Source: Eledone cirrhosa | Lineage: Eukaryota | Length of the DNA stretch: 64,000 nt | Direction: 5' to 3' | Assembly: GCA_964016885.1 (NCBI GenBank) | Contig: OZ024740.1 | Location: 30,256,001-30,320,000, forward strand | Shown: positions 29,080-43,209 of the stretch, in pieces | Numbering within the stretch: the first letter of the stretch is position 1 | How the letters are laid out: every line of letters begins with the position of its first letter | Notes under the pieces: generated by a model | Database searches by the model: none | Told to the model about the DNA's origin: nothing | What the model saw: only the letters and a program-made list of their open reading frames with translations | Program-made: the position numbers and the translations under genes

Positions 29080-30000
29080 CTATTATGTTAGTATAGTGAC
29101 ACTGTCAGTTATAGTTACTAGTCCTATTACATTTACTATAGTGACACTGTTAGTTATAGTTACTAGTCCTATTACTGTTACTATAGTGACACTGTTAGTT
29201 ATAGTTACTAGTCATATTACTGTTACTATAGTGACACTGTTAGTTATAGTTACTAGTCCTATTACTGTTACTATAGTGACACTGTTAGTTATAGTTACTA
29301 GTCCTATTATGTTAGTATAGTGACACTGTCAGTTATAGTTACTAGTCCTATTACTTTTACTATAGTGACACTGTTAGTTATAGTTACTAGTCCTATTACT
29401 GTTACTATAGTGACACTGTTAGTTATAGTTACTAGTCCTATTACTGTTACTATAGTGACACTGTTAGTTATAGTTACTAGTCCTATTACTGTTACTATAG
29501 TGACACTGTTAGTTATAGTTACTAGTCCTATTACTGTTACTATAGTGACACTGTTAGTTATAGTTACTAGTCCTATTATGTTAGTATAGTGACACTGTCA
29601 GTTATAGTTACTAGTCCTATTACTTTTACTATAGTGACACTGTTAGTTATAGTTACTAGTCCTATTACTGTTACTATAGTGACACTGTTAGTTATAGTTA
29701 CTAGTCCTATTATGTTAGTATAGTGACACTGTCAGTTATAGTTACTAGTCCTATTACTTTTACTATAGTGACACTGTTAGTTATAGTTACTAGTCCTATT
29801 ACTGTTACTATAGTGACACTGTTAGTTATAGTTACTAGTCCTATTACTGTTACTATAGTGACACTGTTAGTTATAGTTACTAGTCCTATTACTGTTACTA
29901 TAGTGACACTGTTAGTTATAGTTACTAGTCCTATTATGTTAGTATAGTGACACTGTCAGTTATAGTTACTAGTCCTATTACTTTTACTATAGTGACAGTG
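29080..30000 (+). repeat. Short variable-length higher-order repeat, five marker copies, marked by attatgttagtatagtgacactgtcag followed by a monomer with attac(t/a)tttact
   Basis: Marker at 29096, 29320, 29589, 29723 and 29947; spacings 224, 269, 134 and 224 (n x 45 - 1). Confidence 0.88.
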
Positions 30001-30149
30001 TTAGTTATAGTTACTAGTCCTATTGCTGTTACTATAGTGACACTGTCAGTTATAGTTACTAGTCCTATTACTGTTAATATAGTGACACAGTTAGTTATAG
30101 TTACTAGTCCTATCACTGTTACTATAGTGACACTGTTACTTATAGTTAC

Positions 30150-33100
30150 TAGTCCTATTACTGTTACTATAGTGACACTGTCAGTTATAGTTACTAGTCC
30201 TATTACTGTTACTATAGTGACCCTGTTAGTTATAGTTACTAGTCATATTACTGTTACTATAGTGACACTGTTAGTTATAGTTACTAGTCCTATTACTGTT
30301 ACTATAGTGACACTGTTAGTTATAGTTACTAGTCCTATTGCTGTTACTATAGTGACAGTGTTAGTTATAGTTACTAGTCTTATTATTGTTACTATAGTGA
30401 CCCTGTTAGTTATAGTTACTAGTCATATTACTGTTACTATAGTGACACTGTTAGTTACAGTTAATAGTCCTATTGCTGTTACTATAGTGACACTGTTAGT
30501 TATAGTTACTAGTCCTATTACTGTTACTATAGTGACACTGTTAGTTATAGTTACTAGTCATATTACTGTTACTATAGTGACACTGTTATTTATAGTTACT
30601 AGTCCTATTACTGTTACTATAGTGACACTGTTAGTTATAGTTACTAGTCCTATTACTGTTACTATAGTGACACTGTTAGTTATAGTTACTAGTCCTATTA
30701 CTGTTACTATAGTGGCACTGTTAATTATAGTTACTAGTCCTATTACTGTTACTATAGTGACCCTGTTAGTTATAGTTACTAGTCCTATTACTGTTACTAT
30801 AGTGACACTGTTATTTATAGTTACTAGTCCTATTACTGTTACTATAGTGACACTGTTAGTTATAGTTACTAGTCCTATTACTGTTACTATAGTGACACTG
30901 TTAGTTATAGTTACTAGTCCTATTACTGTTACTATAGTGGCACTGTTAGTTATAGTTACTAGTCCTATTACTGTTACTATAGTGGCACTGTTAGTTATAG
31001 TTACTAGTCCTATTACTGTTACTATAGTGGCACTGTTAGTTATAGTTACTAGTCCTATTACTGTTACTATAGTGACACTGTTAGTTATAGTTACTAGTCC
31101 TATTACTGTTACTATAGTGACACTGTTAGTTATAGTTACTAGTCCTATTACTGTTACTATAGTGGCACTGTTAGTTATAGTTACTAGTCCTATTACTGTT
31201 ACTATAGTGACACTGTTAGTTATAGTTACTAGTCCTATTACTGTTACTATAGTGGCACTGTTAGTTATAGTTACTAGTCCTATTACTGTTACTATAGTGA
31301 CACTGTTAGTTATAGTTACTAGTCCTATTACTGTTACTATAGTGACACTGTTAGTTATAGTTACTAGTCCTATTACTGTTACTATAGTGACACTGTTAGT
31401 TATAGTTACTAGTCCTATTGCTGTTACTATAGTGACACTGTTAGTTATAGTTACTAGTCCTATTACTGTTACTATAGTGACACTGTTAGTTATAGTTACT
31501 AGTCCTATTACTGTTACTATAGTGACAGTGTTATTTACAGTTACTAGTCCTATTATTGTTACTATAGTGACAGTGTTAGTTATAGTTACTAGTCCTATTA
31601 CTGTTACTATAGTGACACTGTTAGTTATAGTTACTAGTCCTATTAATATTACTATAGTGACACTGTTAGTTAATCTTACTTGTCATATTGCAGTTACTAT
31701 AGTGACACTGTTAGTTATAGTTACTAGTCATATTACTGTTACTATAGTTACTAGTCCTATTACTGTTACTATAGTGACAGTGTTAGTTATAGTTACTAGT
31801 CCTATTACTTTTACTATAGTGACAGTGTTAGTTATAGTTACTAGTCCTCTTACTGTTACTATAGTGACACTGTTAGTTATAGTGACTAGTCCTATTACTG
31901 TTACTATAGTGACACTGTTAGTTATAGTTACTAGTCCTATTGCTGTTACTATAGTGACACTGTTATATATAGTTACTAGTCCTATTACTGTTACTATAGT
32001 GACAGTGTTAGTTATAGTTACTAGTCCTATTACTGTTACTATAGTGACACTGTTAGTTATAGTGAGTAGTCCTATTACTGTTACTATAGTGACACTGTTA
32101 GTTATAGTTACTAGTCCTATTGCTGTTACTATAGTGACACTGTTATATATAGTTACTAGTCCTATTACTGTTACTATAGTGACACTGTTAGTTATAGTTA
32201 CTAGTCCTATTGCTGTTACTATAATGACACTGTTAGTTAGAGTTACTAGTCCTATTGCTGTTACTATAGTGACACTGTTAGTTATAGTTACTAGTCCTAT
32301 TACTGTTACTATAGTGACACTGTTAGTTATAGTTACTAGTCCTATTGCTGTTACTATAGTGACAGTGTTAGTTATAGTTACTAGTCCTATTACTGTTACT
32401 ATAGTGACACTGTTAGTTATAGTTACTAGTCCTATTACTGTTACTATAGTGACACTGTTAGTTATAGTTACTAGTCCTATTACTGTTACTTTAGTGACAC
32501 TGTTAGTTATAGTTACTAGTCCTATTACTGTTACTATAGTGACACTGTTAGTTATAGTTACTAGTCCTATTACTGTTACTATAGTGACACTGTTAGTTAT
32601 AGTTACTAGTCCTATTACTGTTACTATAGTGACACTGTTAGTTATAGTTACTAGTCCTATTACTGTTACTATAGTGACACTGTTAGTTATAGTTACTAGT
32701 CCTATTACTGACACTGTTAGTTATAGTTACTAGTCCTATTACTGTTACTATAGTGACACTGTTAGTTATAGTTACTAGTCCTATTACTGTTACTATAGTG
32801 ACAGTGTTAGTTATAGTTACTAGTCCTATTACTGTTACTATAGTGACACTGTTAGTTATAGTTACTAGTCCTATTACTGTTACTATAGTGACAGTGTTAG
32901 TTATAGTTACTAGTCCTATTACTGTTACTTTAGTGACACTGTTAGTTATAGTTACTAGTCCTATTGCTGTTACTATAGTGACACTGTTAGTTATAGTTAC
33001 TAGTCCTATTACTGTTACTATAGTGACACTGTTAGTTATATTTACTAGTCCTATTACTGTTACTTTAGTGACACTGTTAGTTATAGTTACTAGTCCTATT

Positions 33101-36100
33101 ACTGTTACTATAGTGACACTGTTAGTTATAGTTACTAGTCCTATTACTGTTACTATAGTGACACTGTTAGTTATAGTTACTAGTCCTATTACTGTTACTA
33201 TAGTGACAGTGTTAGTTATAGTTACTAGACCTATTACTGTTACTATAGTGACACTGTTAGTTATAGTTACTAGTCCTATTACTGTTACTATAGTGACACT
33301 GTCAGTTATAGTTACTAGTCCTATTACTGTTACTATAGTGACCCTATTAGTTATAGTTACTAGTCATATTACTGTTACTATAGTGACACTGTTAGTTATA
33401 GTTACTAGTCCTATTACTGTTACTATAGTGACACTGTTAGTTATAGTTACTAGTCCTATTGCTGTTACTATAGTGACAGTGTTAGTTATAGTTACTAGTC
33501 TTATTATTGTTACTATAGTGACCCTGTTAGTTATAGTTACTAGTCATATTACTGTTACTATAGTGACACTGTTAGTTACAGTTAATAGTCCTATTGCTGT
33601 TACTATAGTGACACTGTTAGTTATAGTTACTAGTCCTATTACTGTTACTATAGTGACACTGTTAGTTATAGTTACTAGTCCTATTACTGTTACTATAGTG
33701 ACACTGTTATTTATAGTTACTAGTCATATTACTGTTACTATAGTGACACTGTTATTTATAGTTACTAGTCCTATTACTGTTACTATAGTGACACTGTTAG
33801 TTATAGTTACTAGTCCTATTACTGTTACTATAGTGACACTGTTAGTTATAGTTACTAGTCCTATTACTGTTACTATAGTGGCACTGTTAGTTATAGTTAC
33901 TAGTCCTATTACTGTTACTATAGTGACACTGTTAGGTATAGTTACTAGTCCTATTACTGTTACTATAGTGGCACTGTTAGTTATAGTTACTAGTCCTATT
34001 ACTGTTACTATAGTGGCACTGTTAGTTATAGTTACTAGTCCTATTACTGTTACTATAGACACACTGTTAGTTATAGTTACTAGTCCTATTACTGTTACTA
34101 TAGTGACACTGTTAGTTATAGTTACTAGTCCTATTACTGTTACTATAGTGGCACTGTTAGTTATAATTACTAGTCCTATTACTGTTACTATAGTGACACT
34201 GTTAGTTATAGTTACTAGTCCTATTACTGTTACTATAGTGGCACTGTTAGTTATAGTTACTAGACCTATTACTGTTACTATAGTGACACTGTTAGTTATA
34301 GTTACTAGTCCTATTACTGTTACTATAGTGGCACTGTTAGTTATAGTTAAGAGTCCTATTACTGTTACTATAGTGACACTGTTAGTTATAGTTACTAGTC
34401 CTATTGCTGTTACTATAGTGACACTGTTAGTTATAGTTACTAGTCCTATTACTGTTACTATAGTGACACTGTTAGTTATAGTTACTAGTCCTATTACTGT
34501 TACTATAGTGACACTGTTAGTTATAGTTACTAGTCCTATTACTGTTACTATAGTGACAGTGTTAGTTACAACTACTAGTCCTATTATTGTTACTATAGTG
34601 ACAGTGTTAGTTATAGTTACTAGTCCTATTACTGTTACTATAGTGACACTGTTAGTTATAGTTACTAGTCCTATTAATGTTACTATAGTGACACTGTTAG
34701 TTAATCTTACTTGTCATATTGCAGTTACTATAGTGACACTGTTAGTTATAGTTACTAGTCATATTACTGTTACTATAGTTACTAGTCCTATTACTGTTAC
34801 TATAGTGACAGTGTTAGTTATAGTTACTAGTCCTATTACTTTTACTATAGTGACATTGTTAGTTATAGTTACTAGTCCTCTTACTGTTACTATAGTGACA
34901 CTGTTAGTTATAGTGACTAGTCCTATTACTGTTACTATAGTGACACTGTTAGTTATAGTTACTAGTCCTATTGCTGTTACTATAGTGACACTGTTATATA
35001 TAGTTACTAGTCCTATTACTGTTAATATAGTGACAGTGTTAGTTATAGTTACTAGTCCTATTACTGTTACTATAGTGACACTGTTAGTTATAGTGACTAG
35101 TCCTATTACTGTTACTATAGTGACACTGTTAGTTATAGTTACTAGTCCTATTGCTGTTACTATAGTGATACTGTTATATATAGTTACTAGTCCTATTACT
35201 GTTACTATAGTGACACTGTTAGTTATAGTTACTAGTCCTATTGCTGTTACTATAGTGACACTGTTAGTTATAGTTACTAGTCCTATTGCTGTTACTATAG
35301 TGACACTGTTAGTTATAGTTACTAGTCCTATTACTGTTACTATAGTGACAGTGTTAGTTATAGTTACTAGTCCTATTGCTGTTACTATAGTGACACTGTT
35401 AGTTATAGTTACTAGTCCTATTACTGTTACTATAGTGACACTGTTAGTTATAGTTACTAGTCCTATTACTGTTACTATAGTGACACTGTTAGTTATAGTT
35501 ACTAGTCCTATTGCTGTTACTATAGTGACAGTGTTAGTTATAGTTACTAGTCCTATTACTGTTACTATAGTGACACTGTTAGTTATAGTTACTAGTCCTA
35601 TTACTGTTACTATAGTGACACTGTTAGTTATAGTTACTAGTCCTATTACTGTTACTTTAGTGACACTGTTAGTTATAGTTACTAGTCCTATTACTGTTAC
35701 TATAGTGACACTGTTAGTTATAGTTACTAGTCCTATTACTGTTACTATAGTGACACTGTTAGTTATAGTTACTAGTCCTATTACTGACACTGTTAGTTAT
35801 AGTTACTAGTCCTATTACTGTTACTATAGTGACACTGTTAGTTATAGTTACTAGTCCTATTACTGTTACTATAGTGATACTGTTAGTTATAGTTACTAGT
35901 CCTATTACTGTTACTATAGTGACACTGTTAGTTATAGTTACTAGTCCTATTACTGTTACTATAGTGACACTGTTAGTTATATTTACTAGTCCTATTACTG
36001 TTACTATAGTGACACTGTTAGTTATAGTTACTAGTCCTATTACTGACACTGTTAGTTATAGTTACTAGTCCTATTACTGTTACTATAGTGACACTGTTAG

Positions 36101-36600
36101 TTATAGTTACTAGTCCTATTACTGTTACTATAGTGACAGTGTTAGTTATAGTTACTAGTCCTATTACTGTTACTATAGTGACACTGTTAGTTATAGTTAC
36201 TAGTCCTATTACTGTTACTATAGTGACAGTGTTAGTTATAGTTACTAGTCCTATTACTGTTACTTTAGTGACACTGTTAGTTATAGTTACTAGTCCTATT
36301 GCTGTTACTATAGTGACACTGTTAGTTATAGTTACTAGTCCTATTACTGTTACTATAGTGACACTGTTAGTTATATTTACTAGTCCTATTACTGTTACTT
36401 TAGTGACACTGTTAGTTATAGTTACTAGTCCTATTACTGTTACTATAGTGACACTGTTAGTTATAGTTACTAGTCCTATTACTGTTACTATAGTGACACT
36501 GTTAGTTATAGTTACTAGTCCTATTACTGTTACTATAGTGACAGTGTTAGTTATAGTTACTAGACCTATTACTGTTACTATAGTGACACAGTTAGTTATA
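30150..36600 (+). repeat. Older, diverged ~3.0-3.3 kb duplication; partial third copy at about 38390-39500
   Basis: Same order of variants: gaccct, ttaatagt (~30461/33582), ggcact run, aatcttacttgtcatattgcag (~31672/34703/38392), cctctt (~31847/34878/38657), ttatatat pair, then a 34-bp monomer (~32709/35785/39474). Offsets vary by whole monomers and each copy has private substitutions. Confidence 0.82.
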
Positions 36601-39329
36601 GTTACTAGTCCTATTACTGTTACTATAGTGACACTGTTAGTTATAGTTACTAGTCCTATTACTGTTACTATAGTGACAGTGTTAGTTATAGTTACTAGAC
36701 CTATTACTGTTACTATAGTGACACTGTTAGTTATAGTTACTAGTCCTATTACTGTTACTATAGTGACACTGTTAGTTATAGTTACTACTATTACTGTTAC
36801 TATAGTGACAGTGTTAGTTATAGTTACTAGTCCTATTACTGTTATTATAGTGACACTGTTAGTTATAGTTACTACTCCTATTACTGTTACTATAGTGACA
36901 GTGTTAGTTATAGTTACTAGTCCTATTACTGTTACTATAGTGACACTGTTAGTTATAGTTACTAGTCCTATTACTGTTACTATAGTGACACTGTTAGTTA
37001 TAGTTACTAGTCCTATTGCTGTTACTATAGTGACACTGTTAGTTATAGTTACTAGTCCTATTACTGTTACTATAGTGACAGTGTTAGTTATAGTTACTAG
37101 TCCTATTACTGTTACTATAGTGACACTGTTAGTTATAGTTACTAGTCCTATTACTGTTACTATAGTGACACTGTTAGTTATAGTAACTAGTCCTATTACT
37201 GTTACTATAGTGACACTGTTAGTTATAGTTACTAGTCCTATTACTGTTACTATAGTGACACTGTTAGTTATAGTTACTAGTCCTATTGCTGTTACTTTAG
37301 TGACACTGTTAGTTATAGTTACTAGTCCGATTATGTTACTATAGTGACAGTGTTAGTTATAGTTACTAGTCCTATTACTGTTACTATAGTGACACTGTTA
37401 TTTATAGTTACTAGTCCTATTATGTTACTATAGTGACAGTGTTAGTTATAGTTACTAGTCCTATTACTGTTACTATAGTGACACTGTTAGTTATAGTTAC
37501 TAGTCCTATTATGTTACTATAGTGACAGTGTTAGTTATAGTTACTAGTCCTATTACTGTTACTATAGTGACACTGTTAGTTATAGTTATTAGTCTTATTA
37601 CTGTTACTATAGTGACTATGTTAGTTATAGTTACTAGTCCTATTACTGTTACTTTAGTGACACTGTTACTTATAGTTACTAGTCCTATTGCTGTTACTAT
37701 AGTGACACTGTTAGTTATAGTTACTAGTCTTATTACTGTTACTATAGTGACTATGTTAGTTATAGTTACTAGTCCTATTACTGTTACTATAGTGACACTG
37801 TTAGTTATAGTTACTAGTCCTATTACTGTTACTATAGTGACACTGTTAGTTATAGTTACTAGTCCTATTACTGTTACTATAGTGACACTGTTAGTTATAG
37901 TTACTAGTCCTATTACTGTTACTATAGTGACAGTGTTAGTTACAGTTACTAGTCCTATTACTGTTACTATAGTGACAGTGTTAGTTATAGTTACTAGTCG
38001 TATTGCTGTTACTATAGTGACACTGTTAGTTATAGTTACTAGTCCTATTACTGTTACTATAGTGACACTGTTAGTTATAGTTACTAGTCCTATTACTGTT
38101 ACTATAGTGACACTGTTACTTATAGTTACTAGTCCTATTGCTGTTACTATAGTGACACTGCTAGTTATAGTTACTAGTCTTATTACTGTTACTATAGTGA
38201 CTATGTTAGATATAGTTACTAGTCCTATTACTGTTACTATAGTGACACTGTTACTTATAGTTACTAGTCCTATTGCTGTTACTATAGTGACACTGTTAGT
38301 TATAGTTACTAGTCCTATTACTGTTACTATAGTGACAGTGTTAGTTAAAGTTACTAGTCCTATTACTGTTACTATAGTGACACTGTTAGTTAATCTTACT
38401 TGTCATATTGCAGTTACTATAGTGACACTGTTAGTTATAGTTACTAGTCCTATTAATGTTACTACAGTGACACTGTTAGTTAATCTTACTTGTCATATTG
38501 TAGTTACTATAGTGACACTGTTAGTTATAGTTACTAGTCATATTACTGTTACTATAGTTACTAGTCCTATTACTGTTACTATAGTGACAGTGTTAGTTAT
38601 AGTTACTAGTCCTATTACTTTTACTATAGTGACATTGTTAGTTATAGTTACTAGTCCTCTTACTGTTACTATAGTGACACTGTTAGTTACAGTGACTAGT
38701 CCTATTACTGTTACTATAGTGACACTGTTAGTTATAGTTACTAGTCCTATTGCTGTTACTATAGTGACACTGTTATATATAGTTACTACTCCTATTACTG
38801 TTACTATAGTGACAGTGTTAGTTATAGTTACTAGTCCTATTACTGTTACTATAGTGACACTGTTAGTTATAGTGACTAGTCCTATTACTGTTACTATAGT
38901 GACACTGTTAGTTATAGTTACTAGTCCTATTGCTGTTACTATAGTGACACTGTTATATATAGTTACTAGTCCTATTACTGTTACTATAGTGACACTGTTA
39001 GTTATTGTTACTAGTCCTATTGCTGTTACTATAGTGACACTGTTAGTTATAGTTACTAGTCCTATTGCTGTTACTATAGTGACACTGTTAGTTATAGTTA
39101 CTAGTCCTATTACTGTTACTATAGTGACACTGTTAGTTATAGTTACTAGTCCTATTACTGTTACTATAGTGACAGTGTTAGTTATAGTTACTAGTCCTAT
39201 TACTGTTACTATATTGACACTGTCAGTTATAGTTACTAGTCCTATTGCTGTTACTATAGTGACAGTGTTAGTTATAGTTACTAGTCCTATTACTGTTACT
39301 ATATTGACACTGTCAGTTATAGTTACTAG

Positions 39330-42300
39330 TCCTATTACTGTTACTATAGTGACACTGTTAGTTATAGTTACTAGTCCTATTACTGTTACTATAGTGACAC
39401 TGTTAGTTATAGTTACTAGTCCTATTACTGTTACTATAGTGACACTGTTAGTTATAGTTACTAGTCCTATTACTGACACTGTTAGTTATAGTTACTAGTC
39501 CTATTACTGACACTGTTAGTTATAGTTACTAGTCCTATTACTGTTACTATAGTGACACTGTTAGTTATATTTACTAGTCCTATTATAGTTACTATAGTGA
39601 CACTGTTAGTTATAGTTACTAGTCCTATTACTGACACTGTTAGTTATAGTTACTAGTCCTATTACTGTTACTATAGTGACACTGTTAGTTATAGTTACTA
39701 GTCCTATTACTGTTACTATAGTGACAGTGTTAGTTATAGTTACTAGTCATATTACTGTTACTATAGTGACACTGTTAGTTATAGTTACTAGTCCTATTAC
39801 TGGTACTATAGTGACAGTGTTAGTTATAGTTACTAGTCCTATTACTGTTACTTTAGTGACACTGTTAGTTATAGTTACTAGTCCTATTGCTGTTACTATA
39901 GTGACACTGTTAGTTATAGTTACTAGACCTATTACTGTTACTATAGTGACACTGTTAGTTATAGTTACTAGTCCTATTACTGTTACTATAGTGACACTGT
40001 TAGTTATAGTTACTAGTCATATTACTGTTACTATAGTGACACTGTTAGTTATAGTTACTAGTCCTATTACTGACACTGTTAGTTATAGTTACTAGTCCTA
40101 TTACTGTTACTATAGTGACACTGTTAGTTATAGTTACTAGTCCTATTACTGTTACTATAGTGACAGTGTTAGTTATAGTTACTAGTCCTATTACTGTTAC
40201 TATAGTGACACTGTTAGTTATAGTTACTAGTCCTATTACTGTTACTATAGTGACACTGTTAGTTATAGTTACTAGTCCTATTACTGTTACTATAGTGACA
40301 GTGTTAGTTATAGTTACTAGTCCTATTACTGTTACTATAGTGACACTGTTAGTTATAGTTACTAGTCCTATTACTGTTACTATAGTGACAGTGTTAGTTA
40401 TAGTTACTAGACCTATTACTGTTACTATAGTGACACTGTTAGTTATAGTTACTAGTAATATTACTGTTACTATAGTGACAGTGTTAGTTATAGTTACTAG
40501 TCCTATTACTGTTACTATAGTGACACTGTTAGTTATAGTTACTACTCCTATTACTGTTACTATAGTGACAGTGTTAGTTATAGTTACTAGTCCTATTACT
40601 GTTACTATAGTGACACTGTTAGTTATAGATACTAGTCCTATTACTGTTACTATAGTGACACTTAGTTACAGTTATTAGTCCTATTACTGTTACTATAGTG
40701 ACACTGTTACTTATAGTTACTAGTCCTATTACTGTTACTTTAGTGACACTGTTAGTTACAGTTACTAGTCCTATTACTGTTACTATTGTGACACTGTTAG
40801 TTATAGTTACTAGTCCTATTGCTGTTACTATAGTGACACTGTTAGTTATAGTTACTAGTCCTGTTACTGTTACTTTAGTGACACTGTTAGTTATAGTTAC
40901 TAGTCCTATTACTGTTACTATAGTGACCCTGTTAGTTACAGTTACTAGTCCTATTACTGTTACTATAGTGACACTGTTAGTTATAGTTACTAGTCCTATT
41001 ACTGACACTGTTAGTTATAGTTACTAGTCCTATTACTGACACTGTTAGTTATAGTTACTAGTCCTATTACTGTTACTATAGTGACACTGTTAGTTATAGT
41101 TACTAGTCCTATTACTGACACTGTTAGTTATATTTACTAGTCCTATTACTGTTACTATAGTGACACTGTTAGTTATAGTTACTAGTCCTATTACTGTTAC
41201 TTTAGTGACAATGTTAGTTATAGTTACTAGTCCTATTACTGTTACTATAGTGACACTGTTAGTTATAGTTACTAGTCCTATTACTGACACTGTTATTTAT
41301 AGTTACTAGTCCTATTACTGACACTGTTAGTTATAGTTACTAGTCCTATTACTGTTACTATAGTGACACTGTTAGTTATAGTTACTAGTCCTATTACTGA
41401 CACTGTTAGTTATATTTACTAGTCCTATTACTGTTACTATAGTGACACTGTTAGTTATAGTTACTAGTCCTATTACTGTTACTATAGTGACACTGTCAGT
41501 TATAGTTACTAGTCCTATTGGTGTTACTATAGTGACAGTGTTAGTTATAGTTACTAGTCCTATTACTGTTACTATAGTGACACTGTTAGTTATAGTTACT
41601 AGTCCTATTACTGTTACTATAGTGACACTGTTAGTTATAGTTACTAGTCCTATTGCTGTTACTATAGTGACAGTGTTAGTTATAGTTACTAGTCCTATTA
41701 CTGTTACTATAGTGACACTGTTAGTTATAGTTACTAGTCCTATTACTGTTACTATAGTGACACTGTTAGTTATAGTTACTAGTCCTATTACTGTTACTAT
41801 AGTGACACTGTTAGTTATAGTTACTAGTCCTATTACTGTTACTATAGTGACACTGTTAGTTATAGTTACTAGTCCTATTACTGACACTGTTAGTTATAGT
41901 TACTAGTCCTATTACTGACACTGTTAGTTATAGTTACTAGTCCTATTACTGTTACTATAGTGACTCTGTTAGTTATATTTACTAGTCCTATTATAGTTAC
42001 TATAGTGACACTGTTAGTTATAGTTACTAGTCCTATTACTGACACTGTTAGTTATAGTTACTAGTCCTATTACTGTTACTATAGTGACACTGTTAGTTAT
42101 AGTTACTAGTCCTATTACTGTTACTATAGTGACAGTGTTAGTTATAGTTACTAGTCATATTACTGTTACTATAGTGACACTGTTAGTTATAGTTACTAGT
42201 CCTATTACTGTTACTATAGTGACAGTGTTAGTTATAGTTACTAGTCCTATTACTGTTACTTTAGTGACACTGTTAGTTATAGTTACTAGTCCTATTGCTG

Positions 42301-43100
42301 TTACTATAGTGACACTGTTAGTTATAGTTACTAGTCCTATTACTGTTACTATAATGACACTGTTAGTTATAGTTACTAGTCCTATTACTGTTACTATAGT
42401 GACACTGTTAGTTATAGTTACTAGTCATATTACTGTTACTATAGTGACACTGTTAGTTATAGTTACTAGTCCTATTACTGACACTGTTAGTTATAGTTAC
42501 TAGTCCTATTACTGTTACTATAGTGACACTGTTAGTTATAGTTACTACTCCTATTACTGTTACTATAGTGACAGTGTTAGTTATAGTTACTAGTCCTATT
42601 ACTGTTACTATAGTGACACTGTTAGTTATAGTTACTAGTCCTATTACTGTTACTATAGTGACACTTAGTTACAGTTATTAGTCCTATTACTGTTACTATA
42701 CTGACACTGTTACTTATAGTTACTAGTCCTATTACTGTTACTTTAGTGACACTGTTAGTTACAGTTACTAGTCCTATTACTGTTACTATAGTGACACTGT
42801 TAGTTATAGTTACTAGTCCTATTGCTGTTACTATAGTGACACTGTTAGTTATAGTTACTAGTCCTGTTACTGTTACTTTAGTGACACTGTTAGTTATAGT
42901 TACTAGTCCTATTACTGACACTGTTAGTTATATTTACTAGTCCTATTAATCTTACTATAGTGACACTGTTAGTTATAGTTACTAGTCCTATTACTGTTAC
43001 TTTAGTGACACTGTTAGTTATAGTTACTAGTCCTATTACTGTTACTATAGTGACACTGTTAGTTATAGTTACTAGTCCTATTACTGACACTGTTAGTTAT
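39330..43100 (+). repeat. ~2.0-2.4 kb imperfect duplication (2,408-bp offset in its first part)
   Basis: ORFs 39676/42084; tattatagtt at 39581/41989; acacttagttacagttatt at about 40658/42661; cctgttact at about 40860/42863. Confidence 0.8.
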
Positions 43101-43209
43101 AGTTACTAGTCCTATTACTGTTACTATAGTGACACTGTTAGTTATATTTACTAGTCCTATTACTGTTACTATAGTGACACTGTTAGTTATAGTTACTAGT
43201 CCTATTACT

